Assembly: GCA_945875865.1 (NCBI GenBank) | Contig: CAMCMF010000004.1 | Coordinates: 1 to 60,617, forward strand | DNA from: Rhizobium sp. Q54 | Lineage (GTDB): Bacteria; Pseudomonadota; Alphaproteobacteria; Rickettsiales; UBA1997 | DNA length: 60,617 nt | Direction: 5' to 3' | Shown: piece by piece, positions 29,468 to 39,496 of the stretch | How positions within the stretch are numbered: position 1 is the first letter of the stretch | Layout of the letters: the number at the start of each line of letters is the position of its first letter | Program-made: the position numbers and the translations under genes | Notes under the pieces: model-generated | Told to the model about the DNA's origin: nothing | Databases searched by the model: none | What the model saw: the letters and a program-made list of their open reading frames with translations, nothing else

Positions 29468-30157
29468 ATGGATAAAACATCTTCTGCTTCATTGGTAAAT
29501 CTAATTGCTCATGCTGACATCGTGGTGCAGCTAGTGATGTTGGCTCTAGTTCTGGCTTCGGTTTGGTCGTGGACTTTGATTTTCGATAAAATCATCAAAT
29601 TTAATATTTTGAAAGATCGCAGCAACAAATTCGAAGTGATGTTTGAAAATAATGTGATGTTTGAAGAAATTTATAATCACGCCAAAGGCAGCGACAATCA
29701 TCCACTTTCCCGCATTTTTATTGCCGGCATCAAGGAATGGAAATCAAATAATATCAAACAAATCATCGCCGAAAATATCGAAAAAAAAGTTTCACTAAAA
29801 GAGCGTTTGATGAATGCGATGCAAATTGCCAGCAATCAATCGATGCAAAAATTGGAAAGCGGTTTGAGTTTTTTGGCGATTGTCGGCTCGTCAGCACCTT
29901 TTGTTGGTTTGTTTGGAACTGTTTGGGGAATTATGAATTCTTTTCAAGCCATCGCAATTAGTAAAAATACCAGTCTTTCCGTGGTTGCTCCCGGAATCGC
30001 GGAAGCTTTGTTAGCAACGGCGATTGGCTTATTCGCTGCGGTTCCGGCGGTTTTTTTCTACAATATATTTAGCACAAAAATTAATTATTTTACCGAGCGT
30101 GCTAATAATTTTTCTCTGCAGATTCTAAATATGTTTTCCAAGGAGCTAGACCGCTAG
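29468..30157 (+). CDS. tolQ: Tol-Pal system protein TolQ
   Basis: SVWSW, PFVGLFGTVWGIMNSF, VVAPGIAEALLATAIGL. Confidence 0.95.
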   Translation: MDKTSSASLVNLIAHADIVVQLVMLALVLASVWSWTLIFDKIIKFNILKDRSNKFEVMFENNVMFEEIYNHAKGSDNHPLSRIFIAGIKEWKSNNIKQIIAENIEKKVSLKERLMNAMQIASNQSMQKLESGLSFLAIVGSSAPFVGLFGTVWGIMNSFQAIAISKNTSLSVVAPGIAEALLATAIGLFAAVPAVFFYNIFSTKINYFTERANNFSLQILNMFSKELDR

Positions 30158-30222
30158 CTTGCTAATAGAATTTGCCCGAATAAATTTTTTTCTTAATTAG
30201 TTAAAATCAACCAATTGATCTC

Positions 30223-32532
30223 ATGTCAAAACAGCAAGTTCCGGCTATCACAACAAAATATTTTGATGAAAACTCGCAAAAGTATTTTAAGGAAAATCCC
30301 GGTGTTTTGGTAGGCGAAGCCGGTAAAAAATTGGCGGAATATGAGACTTTTACAACTAAGCTTATCGCTGCTATTGTTGCAGCTTCTGAGGAGAATAAAC
30401 CTCAGGCCCGTGGGGGCCTAGTAACAAAAAAAACCCTATATGAACGAGAAGCTGATCTTCGAGCAGCGGAGAAGGTCTTGATAGATCGTTTTGGACTATT
30501 AGATAAAGGCTTACGTGGAGAAATATTAAAAAATATATCAGTCCATAAGACTCAATCTATTAAGGATAAAAACTTAGCTGAATTTTTATGTAAAAATATT
30601 CTTTCCTTGTCCAAAGATGCAGCTTCAGGTTTGGCAACTCTTTTACAAAATGTTCGACAAAATGGTCAGCCATTAAAAAATATTACTGAGGACAAGTCTA
30701 CTCTAAGAGAAAATCTAAGAAAAATTCTTTGGTCATCACAAGGAAGGTTGGCTGAATTGCGATTTAGAGTTGCTGGTTATGGAAAAAAAGGCTCAGATTT
30801 CTACATACACGAGTTGCGTAAAGCGGAACGCGAACCTGATTCAAATAGTAAGTATACTATTCCGGTTTCTGTAGATGAGAAAGATGGCCTTACGGCAAGA
30901 ATAGAGGGATGTAAGGACGCAAAAGGGAGAAAAATTTTTATCGTTAAATATATTAAAAATTTAGGAAAACTTGAGATAGAAATTGCTTATTCTCCTCAAG
31001 ATAAAGGAGGCAATACAAGAGATGCTGTAAATTTAGCCCGCAAGGCCGTCGATGGTATAAAATCCGGTCCACAAGCAGCTGCTCACGTTCAACCAATTAT
31101 AAAAAAATCTGATTTAGGCGCTGCGCATATTATGGGCGCAGTCCTTAATGCTCCGACAGCTTTATTGCCAGTAATTCCTGTAGCTTCTTATGCTGTTGGT
31201 TTTCTACCTGCCGCGGCACACGATAGTCCCATGGGGCAGTTGCCTGTACTTGGTGAAATTTGCTACTTATGGGCGAAAGGCTGTTTTGCTCTTGCTGAAT
31301 TTGGAAGTAAGCGTGGAAATCTTTTAGCGGGAACCAAAATGCTAAGAGATTTTTCTATGGAAGCCGAGAAGAGATTAGACCAAGTTAATAAAAGAGAAAA
31401 AGAGATTATTCAAAGCTACCTACCTCCTATTGTTAGAGCCGTTACTGGAGTCGTTTTTGGTATCGGAGCTGCTGCTTTTCTTAGGGGTACAGAATTTGTG
31501 TGTAATGCTACTGGGGATGGTATTGGCTATGCAGCTAAATATTGCCTTGAAGCAGGTAAAAAGCCAATAGAAGATCCTATTCAATATGGTAGAAAGATTG
31601 GACGTTATATCGGATATGGCTTCTTGACCGCCCTTTCTGCAATACCAAAAGCTCCAGGATTTATAGCAAAAAAATGTGGAGATGCTTGCTCAACAATGGC
31701 CGATCGTTTTGAAGGCGAGCCTGGTTTTGGATGGATAGCGGGCGCATCTAAAGCGATGAAGGAAGGTGCGGATAATGCTAGATTTTTTAAAGGGCAAGGT
31801 AGGTCGGCGGCAATGGTTGCTCATCTAGATACTACTGTAAAACCAGATCTTGGCGTAGAAACTGATATGTTTTTTAAAGCAAAAGATGTTTTGAATCAGG
31901 CCAAAGGCTTAAAATTTGATCAATCTTCTGGTATAAAGGATGATGAAAATATCTATGCTATTTTGGGAGAGGTGGAACATAAAGGTCAAACATATCAAGT
32001 TTTAGGTTCTTCTGACGGAGAAACTATCACTATAAAGGGCGGTAAGGGTGATAATGAGGTTGGAGGTCTTCCAGCTAGTTTGGTAAACTATAGGGCTAAA
32101 GAAGGAGATAATATTGCTGCTTTTACAGCTGCGTTGAATGTTCAAATGGATTCAAGAAAATACTCAGAAATGCGAGGGGTTTCTCTAGAGGAATTTAGGG
32201 CAGCTTTTGAAGAAAAATCTCAACGGGTGGTCGTGCAAAATCTTTTGCAAAATTGCATGGTTGATACGGATTTTAAGCCAGGTCAGAAACTTATTTCCAA
32301 AAAAGAAGAATTTAAGCTTAAAAAAAGTTCAACCGATGAATTTTCATTTGAAAAAAATGGATCTAGCAAGACAGTAGAGTTGCAATCTACGGCATTTTTT
32401 AACTTTCTTCAGGAGGCTGCGCAAGGAACAACGGGGCTGGAGAATAGTTTATCTGGTAGGGTTGGAAAACCTAGAAGTGTTAGGAAAGCAGAGGTTGATC
32501 CATCTCGTTCTAAGGATCGTCAAATCTACTAA
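30223..32532 (+). CDS. Large orphan protein with central Gly/Ala-rich hydrophobic segments
   Basis: 769-aa ORF; no family recognised. Confidence 0.75.
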   Translation: MSKQQVPAITTKYFDENSQKYFKENPGVLVGEAGKKLAEYETFTTKLIAAIVAASEENKPQARGGLVTKKTLYEREADLRAAEKVLIDRFGLLDKGLRGEILKNISVHKTQSIKDKNLAEFLCKNILSLSKDAASGLATLLQNVRQNGQPLKNITEDKSTLRENLRKILWSSQGRLAELRFRVAGYGKKGSDFYIHELRKAEREPDSNSKYTIPVSVDEKDGLTARIEGCKDAKGRKIFIVKYIKNLGKLEIEIAYSPQDKGGNTRDAVNLARKAVDGIKSGPQAAAHVQPIIKKSDLGAAHIMGAVLNAPTALLPVIPVASYAVGFLPAAAHDSPMGQLPVLGEICYLWAKGCFALAEFGSKRGNLLAGTKMLRDFSMEAEKRLDQVNKREKEIIQSYLPPIVRAVTGVVFGIGAAAFLRGTEFVCNATGDGIGYAAKYCLEAGKKPIEDPIQYGRKIGRYIGYGFLTALSAIPKAPGFIAKKCGDACSTMADRFEGEPGFGWIAGASKAMKEGADNARFFKGQGRSAAMVAHLDTTVKPDLGVETDMFFKAKDVLNQAKGLKFDQSSGIKDDENIYAILGEVEHKGQTYQVLGSSDGETITIKGGKGDNEVGGLPASLVNYRAKEGDNIAAFTAALNVQMDSRKYSEMRGVSLEEFRAAFEEKSQRVVVQNLLQNCMVDTDFKPGQKLISKKEEFKLKKSSTDEFSFEKNGSSKTVELQSTAFFNFLQEAAQGTTGLENSLSGRVGKPRSVRKAEVDPSRSKDRQIY

Positions 32533-32534
32533 GA

Positions 32535-32912
32535 TTATTTTTGTACTAACTTCCTAATCAAAAAAAACGTAGTTAGTGCAAAAATAATTGGCAGAAACCA
32601 CAGAAAAAATTTTGAAAAATTTTGTGGTTCAGTCAAAATATCTTCACCAAATTCCTTGGATAATTCTGTTTTTATTTGCTGATCGCTTTCACCGCTAGAA
32701 ATTTTCTGACGAATTAATTTTCGCATCTGAAAAGAAAATTCGGTGTCGGAATTCTCAATCACCTGTCCATTACAAACCAAACATCTCACCTCTAAAAATA
32801 ACTTCATCGCGCGCTGCTCAAGAGCTTCATCAGCAAGTTTAGCTTCGGGAGAAAGTGCGAAAGCATTGGATAAAAAAAACAGCAGGAAAAGGAGTTTAGA
32901 AAAAACTTTCAT
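32535..32912 (-). CDS. ccmH: Cytochrome c maturation protein CcmH/CycL
   Basis: VRCLVCNGQVIENS, FGEDIL..P, LWFLP. Confidence 0.92.
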   Translation of the reverse strand: MKVFSKLLFLLFFLSNAFALSPEAKLADEALEQRAMKLFLEVRCLVCNGQVIENSDTEFSFQMRKLIRQKISSGESDQQIKTELSKEFGEDILTEPQNFSKFFLWFLPIIFALTTFFLIRKLVQK

Positions 32913-33807
32913 CGATCTCGCCACTAAAAATTTTCTTATAACCACCAGTCATAATAATCGCAGAATCGCCATCTTTTTTCCATTCAATTTGCAAATCACC
33001 ACCTTTGAATCGGATAGTCACTTTTGTTGATTTTATTAAAGAATTTTTGATTGCTAAAACACCAACCGCGCAAGCGCCAGAGCCACAGGCTAAAGTTTCA
33101 CCAGCGCCACGTTCAAAGACACGAACTTCAATTAAATCATCCGATAAAATTCTGGCAAATTCGACATTGGTTTTACTTGGGAAAAATTTATCACATTCAA
33201 CTTTTGGTCCAACTTCAAAAAATTTTTCATCAGAAATTTTATCAGATAAAAAAGTTACGGCGTGAGGATTTCCAACATCAACACAAGCGAAATCAAAACC
33301 ATAAAGCGAAATATTTTCGCTAAATTTTGGTTTGCCCATATTCACCGAAATTTGCTCGCCGCTTTTCCAGCATTCTAAAATTCCGGCAGCGGTTTTAATT
33401 TTTATTTGTGATTTTTTTGTTTCAGCAAGGAGAAGTGAGGCGACACAGCGAGTAGCATTTCCACAAGCGCCAGATCTGGAGCCATCAGAATTATAAATTT
33501 CCATTTCCGCGTCGTAATCTTGGCCCTCTTTGAAAAAGAGGGTGGCATCCGCTACTTCAGCGGATGACGGGTGATTTAAATCTAAATCCTCCGACCTCGC
33601 TTGCGCTCGACCACCTCCTTTTTCAAAGGAGGCTTCACGAAGAATAATCAACTGATCACAACCAATATTTTTCCGATCAGAAATTTTTTGAATTTGAGGT
33701 GAGGTGAGGGAGATTTCGTTTTTGCGCGCATCAAAAATGACGAAGTCGTTGCCGGCTCCGTTCATTTTGATAAAAGCTAAATTATGATTTTTTAGCGCGG
33801 CTGACAT
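32896..33807 (-). CDS. dapF: Diaminopimelate epimerase carrying a repeat-derived insertion
   Basis: KMNGAGNDF, IGCDQ, NSDGS...CGNATRC, GNPH, ERGAGETLACGSG. Confidence 0.96.
   Translation of the reverse strand: MSAALKNHNLAFIKMNGAGNDFVIFDARKNEISLTSPQIQKISDRKNIGCDQLIILREASFEKGGGRAQARSEDLDLNHPSSAEVADATLFFKEGQDYDAEMEIYNSDGSRSGACGNATRCVASLLLAETKKSQIKIKTAAGILECWKSGEQISVNMGKPKFSENISLYGFDFACVDVGNPHAVTFLSDKISDEKFFEVGPKVECDKFFPSKTNVEFARILSDDLIEVRVFERGAGETLACGSGACAVGVLAIKNSLIKSTKVTIRFKGGDLQIEWKKDGDSAIIMTGGYKKIFSGEIDESFF
33523..33633. repeat. Family C doublet (C2 + C1) inside dapF
   Basis: CCCTCTTTGAAAAAGAGGGTGGC...GACGGGTGATTT and AAATCCTCCGAC...CCTCCTTTTTCAAAGGAGG, matching intergenic copies. Confidence 0.93.
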
Positions 33808-34351
33808 AAGAAAAATCTTCAGTATTTACGATTACTTCTTCACCAGCTTCGATAAAAGGTGGAACCAAGATGCGCAAACCATTTTCAAGGATTGCTGGCT
33901 TGTAAGAAGCGGAAGCGGTTTGACCTTTTACCACTGCATCAGCTGCGGCGATGATTGCATTAGCTTGCTCCGGCAAGAAAATCATGATTGGTTTTGAGTT
34001 GCAATATTCGACACGAATATCCATGCCTTCTTGTAAAAATGGCAAAGCTTCACCAACTAATTCCTTGGCAAATTCTACAGTTTCAAAATTTTCCATATCC
34101 ATCGCCACCAAGTTACCATGATCAAAATATTGAAACTGGTAATGTTTTTGCTCAACAAATGCCACGTCAACATCTTCACTTGAAGCGAAGCGGGTATTGC
34201 TTTTATTGCCAGTGCTGATGTTTTTGATTTCAACTTGAATATAAGCGCCGCCTTTTCCTGGCTTTACGTGATCGCGTTTTACGATTTTCCAAAGTTGATT
34301 TTCGAAGGAGATAACATTTCCCACGCGCAGTGAGTTAGCATTAGTTTTCAT
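33782..34351 (-). CDS. efp: Elongation factor P
   Basis: HVKPGKGGA, VKGQTA..SYKPA.LENG, VPPFI. Confidence 0.97.
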   Translation of the reverse strand: MKTNANSLRVGNVISFENQLWKIVKRDHVKPGKGGAYIQVEIKNISTGNKSNTRFASSEDVDVAFVEQKHYQFQYFDHGNLVAMDMENFETVEFAKELVGEALPFLQEGMDIRVEYCNSKPIMIFLPEQANAIIAAADAVVKGQTASASYKPAILENGLRILVPPFIEAGEEVIVNTEDFSYVSRAKKS

Positions 34352-35336
34352 AATCGTCTTCTTCGTTTGAGTTAAAGTTAAGAAAGTTAAATTCGCTGTC
34401 GAAAATATATTTTAACGATAGCGAGAATTTTTCGTATTTGTTTGAGAGTCCGGCGCAAGTTGTGCAGGAGAAACTTGGTGCTCCGGTAGTATATGTATAT
34501 CTAGCATTACCGACCATTTCTTTAACCTCATTATATTCGTAAGCAAAACCTAAGCTCATATTTTTTAAGATCATGTAATTGATACTCGCTCCAACATTAT
34601 AATATTTCCCCCCTCTAAACTGGTCATTAACTTCAAGGCTGCGAAAAACATGATGATCAATGCTAGTGGCGCTAACTTGATTACTGTAGGCTCCGGATAT
34701 ATTGAAGAATAATCTATTGTTAAAAAGTGGCTGTTGAAATTCCAATCCAATGTAAGGAATTTTCATGGTCTGTTCGTAATTAATACCATTTTGGTCACCA
34801 AAATTTCCCGTGGTATCACGCAATGTGAAAGTTGAGTAAACATAATCCCCCGCTTTGTCGGTCCATTTAAATTGAGTTCTTTTGTAACCGAGATTGAAAG
34901 AAAAGTTATAGAAAAAATTGTAAGAAAGATTCGCATCAAAAAATTGTGCATCTTCCACTTTAACTTTTGACCAGGAGCGATGAGTCCAATTTTCGTGATT
35001 AGCATTTCCATCATCATATCCAGATCCAGAAGCGCCAATCCAGTCGCTATCAACCATTGTTCCGTTATAATCTTTTGGGCCGGCCGCAATGCCGTAGCTG
35101 CCGCGCAATCTTAATCTGTCAATAATTGGTGTTTCGAGATGTAAAGTCGTCATGTGCAAATCTTTAATATCCCAAACTAGCTCACTTATCTTTTTACCAC
35201 TATAGTAAACATTTTCATAAGCCACTCCACTAACTTCGTCGAGTGAAAGTCCGAGAGAAAATTTGCTCTCAACTTTTGCAAAAGCATGAGAAGAAAAGCA
35301 CAGAGCTAGAAGAAAGATTTTACTAGAAAATTTCAT
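34341..35336 (-). CDS. Omptin family outer-membrane protease
   Basis: KISELVW, MVDSDW (DxD), WTHRS, DHH..R (DxH) catalytic patterns. Confidence 0.88.
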   Translation of the reverse strand: MKFSSKIFLLALCFSSHAFAKVESKFSLGLSLDEVSGVAYENVYYSGKKISELVWDIKDLHMTTLHLETPIIDRLRLRGSYGIAAGPKDYNGTMVDSDWIGASGSGYDDGNANHENWTHRSWSKVKVEDAQFFDANLSYNFFYNFSFNLGYKRTQFKWTDKAGDYVYSTFTLRDTTGNFGDQNGINYEQTMKIPYIGLEFQQPLFNNRLFFNISGAYSNQVSATSIDHHVFRSLEVNDQFRGGKYYNVGASINYMILKNMSLGFAYEYNEVKEMVGNARYTYTTGAPSFSCTTCAGLSNKYEKFSLSLKYIFDSEFNFLNFNSNEEDDYEN

Positions 35337-35356
35337 GGGGAATTTAGGTGGTGTGT

Positions 35357-36742
35357 TTAGAGGTTTTTAACAACTTCTTCCACGACCTTTTTAGCATCGC
35401 CAAAAATCATCATGGTATTGTCATTGTGGAATAGTTCATTTTCAACGCCGGCATAGCCAGAAGCCATGGAGCGCTTGACGAAGAAAACTGTTTTGGCGTG
35501 TGCTACATCAAGAATCGGCATGCCGTAAATCGGGCTGGTTTTGTCAGTTTTTGCTGCCGGATTTGTGACATCATTGGCGCCGATTACGAAAGCCACATCG
35601 GTTGATTTAAACTCGCCGTTAATTGTTTCCAACTCGAAAACTTTTTCATAATCGATATTAGCTTCAGCAAGCAAAACATTCATGTGTCCGGGCATTCTTC
35701 CTGCAACTGGGTGAATCGCAAACTTCACTGTAACTCCAGCTTCCTCTAAAATTTTAACCATTTCTGCAACTGCATGTTGAGCGCCTGCAACCGCCATTCC
35801 ATAACCAGGAACGATGATTACTGAAGAGGAGTTTTTCATGATGTAAGCCGCGTCTTCAGCCGATCCATGCTTCACTGGTCTTTGCTCTTTTTCTTCAACT
35901 ACCGAAACAACTTGATCGCCAAATCCCGAAAACATCACATTGAAAATTGAGCGATTCATCGCTTTGCACATGATGTAGCTAAGTATCGCTCCCGACGCGC
36001 CAATCAAGGCGCCAGCGATGATTAAAAGTGGATTAGCTAAAGTAAATCCGATGCCGCTTGCCGCCCAACCGGAATAAGAATTTAGCATTGAAACCACGAC
36101 CGGCATATCGGCGCCGCCAACTGGCGCGATTAGCATGAAGCCGATGAAGAATGACAAAAGCGTCAGAACTATAAAAATAAATTTTGAGCCGAAGATGAAA
36201 AATAAAATCAAAACTGCCACCAAGGCAATCGCGACATATTGTGAATATTTTTTTTGATCTTTTTTGAAGATAATAAATTTCGAATTCATATTGCCGTTGA
36301 GCTTCATGAAGGCAACAATCGAGCCGGTGAAAGTGATGGCGCCAATTACAACTCCAAGACCAATTTCAATTAAGCTGACAGTTTTAATGTGATTATTTTC
36401 GAGAATATGAAATGAATCTGGCATCCAAAGTGCGGCAGCGGAAATCAAGACGGCAGCAAGTCCGACCAAAGAGTGAAAGCCGGCAACCAGTTGCGGCATC
36501 GCCGTCATTTTTACTTTTTTAGCAATCGTGTAACCAATTCCGGCGCCGATTGAAATCGCAATTAGGATTGTGATAATATTGTGAACTTGTGGAAGACAAA
36601 GAGTGGTGACAATCGCTAGCGCCATGCCTCCCATGCCTAAATAATTTCCTCTACGCGAAGTTTTTGGCGAAGAAAGTCCGTAAAGTGAGAGAATAAAAAA
36701 CACCGCTGAGATCAGGTAAAAAAAGGCAGCAACTGAAGACAT
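35357..36742 (-). CDS. pntB: NAD(P) transhydrogenase subunit beta
   Basis: MTAMPQLVA.FHS, GGADMPVV.SMLNSYSG, HPVAGRMPGHMNVLLAEA. Confidence 0.97.
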   Translation of the reverse strand: MSSVAAFFYLISAVFFILSLYGLSSPKTSRRGNYLGMGGMALAIVTTLCLPQVHNIITILIAISIGAGIGYTIAKKVKMTAMPQLVAGFHSLVGLAAVLISAAALWMPDSFHILENNHIKTVSLIEIGLGVVIGAITFTGSIVAFMKLNGNMNSKFIIFKKDQKKYSQYVAIALVAVLILFFIFGSKFIFIVLTLLSFFIGFMLIAPVGGADMPVVVSMLNSYSGWAASGIGFTLANPLLIIAGALIGASGAILSYIMCKAMNRSIFNVMFSGFGDQVVSVVEEKEQRPVKHGSAEDAAYIMKNSSSVIIVPGYGMAVAGAQHAVAEMVKILEEAGVTVKFAIHPVAGRMPGHMNVLLAEANIDYEKVFELETINGEFKSTDVAFVIGANDVTNPAAKTDKTSPIYGMPILDVAHAKTVFFVKRSMASGYAGVENELFHNDNTMMIFGDAKKVVEEVVKNL

Positions 36743-36765
36743 ATTTTTTAAATTAAGTTTTTAAG

Positions 36766-36950
36766 CCTCCTTTGAAAAAGGAGGTGGCCGTAGCGAAGCG
36801 TAGGTCGGAGGATTTTGTTAAAACAATTTCGAAATTAATTATTAGCAAGAAATCACCCGTCATCGCTTACGCGACGCCACCCTCTTTTTACTTAGATTTA
36901 TTTTTTCTAAGTAAGAAGTTGCAATCGCTGAAGCGATTGTCAAAGAGGGG
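36766..36950. repeat. Family C doublet with D insert (36890-36940)
   Basis: C1 forward, spacer, C2 reverse whose terminal hairpin loop holds the 51-bp D sequence. Confidence 0.9.
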
Positions 36951-36952
36951 TT

Positions 36953-37912
36953 TTAGACGACGCCACTTCTCAAGCAGTCATGAAGATGTAAAATCCCGAC
37001 GATTTTTTTTTCATCAAGAACAAATAAACTGGTGATCGATTTTTTATTCATGATGGCGATTGCTTCAACAGCCAAAGTATCCGGCGCAGTTGTGATGGGA
37101 TTTTTTGTCATCACTTCCTTGACATCATGTTCAAGAAAATTTTGATCGAGATGACGACGCAAATCACCGTCGGTAATAATTCCTAAAAGATTTTCTGCAG
37201 CATCGATAACAGCAGTGCAGCCTAAATGTTTTGAAGTCATTTCTAGCAAAGCTTCCGGCATTTTTTTATTTTCAGAAATCATCGGTAAATCTTTTCCAGA
37301 GCGCATTAAATCTTTCACTTTCAAAAAATTTGAACCGAGTTTTCCACCGGGATGAAAGACGCCAAATTTTTCTGAATTAAAGCCGCGAGCATCGATTAAA
37401 CTAACTGCCAGCGCATCGCCAATTGCCAACATCATTGTGGTTGATGTGGTTGGAGCGTTGACATTATTTGCTTCAGGAATTGCTGGTAAAACTAGGGCGA
37501 CAGTGCTGGCTTTGGTGAGTTCAGATTCAAAACGACGAATGATTCCGATGGTTGGAATGTCGAATCTTTTGCAATAATAAATGATGTCTTTGAGTTCCTT
37601 GGTTTCGCCGGAATTGGAAAGTAGGATTACAACATCTTCGGCGGCGATCATTCCGAGATCGCCGTGACTAGCTTCGCCGGGATGAATGAAAAAAGATGGT
37701 GTGCCGGTTGAAGCAAAAGTTGCGGCGATTTTATTAGCGATGTGACCAGATTTTCCCATGCCACTGACAATGACGCGACCTTTGCAATTTAGAATCAAAT
37801 CAACGGCGCGAATATATTTTTCGTCAAAGAAATTGAGTAAAGAATTTAGACCGTCAATTTCAGTTTTGATCGTATTGATCGCAGAAGTTATGTAGAGTTT
37901 TTTGTCTTGCAT
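36953..37912 (-). CDS. kdsD: Arabinose-5-phosphate isomerase (KpsF/GutQ, SIS + 2 CBS)
   Basis: GMGKSGH, EASHGDLG, APTTSTT, HPGGKLG, TDGDLRR. Confidence 0.95.
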   Translation of the reverse strand: MQDKKLYITSAINTIKTEIDGLNSLLNFFDEKYIRAVDLILNCKGRVIVSGMGKSGHIANKIAATFASTGTPSFFIHPGEASHGDLGMIAAEDVVILLSNSGETKELKDIIYYCKRFDIPTIGIIRRFESELTKASTVALVLPAIPEANNVNAPTTSTTMMLAIGDALAVSLIDARGFNSEKFGVFHPGGKLGSNFLKVKDLMRSGKDLPMISENKKMPEALLEMTSKHLGCTAVIDAAENLLGIITDGDLRRHLDQNFLEHDVKEVMTKNPITTAPDTLAVEAIAIMNKKSITSLFVLDEKKIVGILHLHDCLRSGVV

Positions 37913-37976
37913 ATTTTTTGTATGGGCTTGATTTTGTTGAATTCGCACCGTTTTTAATATTTTTTTAATTTCAATT

Positions 37977-38579
37977 ATGAGTCTTAAAGAGCAAGAAATA
38001 TTGCAGGAATTTTCAAATGCTAAAGCAATTCTCAAGGGGCATTTTATTTTATCTTCCGGTCTTCACTCCGACACTTACATGCAATGTGCGCGAGTTTTAA
38101 TGGAGCCAAAAAGAGCAGAAAAACTTTGCGCCGAATTGGTAAAAAAAATTGAAGCGCGTTTAGGAAAAAATTTTGCTGATATTGTTGTCGCACCAGCAAT
38201 GGGTGGAGTTGTCGTTGGTTATGAAATTGCTCGTCAATTAGGTTTGCCAACAATTTTTTGCGAAAGAGTTAATGGAGTTTTTGAGTTGCGTCGCGGTTTT
38301 GAATTAGATTCGCAGGTGCGAGTTTTGGTGGTTGAAGATGTCATCACCACCGGAAAATCTTCGCTCGAAACTTATGATTTGATCAAAAAATTTGGCGCAA
38401 AAATTGTTGCCGAAACTTGTTTGATTGATCGCTCAAACGATAAAAATCTTGAAGAAAAAATGGGCGTTCCAGTTATTTCTTTAGCTGCAATTTTGGTTAA
38501 AACTTTTGATGAAAATAATATTCCAGAAGAATTAAAAAATATCCCCGCAATCAAGCCTGGGAGCAGATTCATCAAATAA
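37977..38579 (+). CDS. pyrE: Orotate phosphoribosyltransferase
   Basis: GHFILSSGLHS, VVEDVITTGKS. Confidence 0.96.
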   Translation: MSLKEQEILQEFSNAKAILKGHFILSSGLHSDTYMQCARVLMEPKRAEKLCAELVKKIEARLGKNFADIVVAPAMGGVVVGYEIARQLGLPTIFCERVNGVFELRRGFELDSQVRVLVVEDVITTGKSSLETYDLIKKFGAKIVAETCLIDRSNDKNLEEKMGVPVISLAAILVKTFDENNIPEELKNIPAIKPGSRFIK

Positions 38580-39466
38580 TGAAAAACTACGCTAACAATC
38601 TTGAAGAAGTCGTTTTAAGTAAGCGCGAACTCAATGTTTCTTTCGAATTTTTTCCGCCAAAAACCGATGAGATGGAAGTGAAATTATGGGAAGTAATTTC
38701 GAAGTTAAAAAATCTTAAGCCAAGTTTTGTTTCCGTAACTTATGGGGCAGGGGGTTCAACACGTGAAAGGACGCATCACACTATCAAGCATATCATCGAC
38801 GAAACAGATTTAAAGCCAGCGGCGCACTTAACTTGTGTTGGATCTTCCAAAGAAGAAATTCATCAGGTTTTAGAAAATTATTGGCAAATCGGCGTGCGTC
38901 ACATCGTGGCTTTGCGTGGCGATATGCCAGCTTCGAGTCCAAATTATCAACTTCATCCCGATGGTTATAAACACGCCAATGAATTGATTGATGCCATTCG
39001 CAAAACCAACATGAATTTTGAAATTTCAGTGGCGGGTTATCCGGAAAAACATCCAGAAGCAAAAAGTTTGGATGAAGATATGGATAATTTAAAACGTAAA
39101 GTTGATGCTGGCGCCAATCGCATCATCACGCAATTTTTTTTCGATGCCGATGCTTATTTTTCTTTTGTGGATAAATGCCAATCGCGTGGAATAAAAATTC
39201 CAATTGTACCTGGAATTTTACCAGTTAGTAATGTTAAACAAACCAAACATTTCGCAAAAATGTGTGGTGCAAAAATTCCAAAATGGATGGATCAAATTTT
39301 TGAAAATCTCGACGAAAGGCAGGAAACTCGCCAGCTCATCGCTGGTGTAGTCGCTACAGAACTTTGTCGAATTTTACACAAACAAGGAATTGATGATTTT
39401 CATTTTTATACTCTAAATCGTTCCGACCTTACTTCCGCGATCTGCCATGTTTTGGGAGTTCGCTAA
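38579..39466 (+). CDS. metF: 5,10-methylenetetrahydrofolate reductase
   Basis: SFEFFPPK, SVTYGAGG, ALRGD, ITQFFF, HFYTLN. Confidence 0.97.
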   Translation: MKNYANNLEEVVLSKRELNVSFEFFPPKTDEMEVKLWEVISKLKNLKPSFVSVTYGAGGSTRERTHHTIKHIIDETDLKPAAHLTCVGSSKEEIHQVLENYWQIGVRHIVALRGDMPASSPNYQLHPDGYKHANELIDAIRKTNMNFEISVAGYPEKHPEAKSLDEDMDNLKRKVDAGANRIITQFFFDADAYFSFVDKCQSRGIKIPIVPGILPVSNVKQTKHFAKMCGAKIPKWMDQIFENLDERQETRQLIAGVVATELCRILHKQGIDDFHFYTLNRSDLTSAICHVLGVR

Positions 39467-39496
39467 TTTTTTCTCTAACCAATAATTGATAAATAT

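Noticed and set aside
36772-37035. Short ORFs over repeats (also 4195-4446, 21411-21680, 26512-26760, 51823-52149)
   Set aside because: Chance open frames in palindromic elements; no start context or family motif
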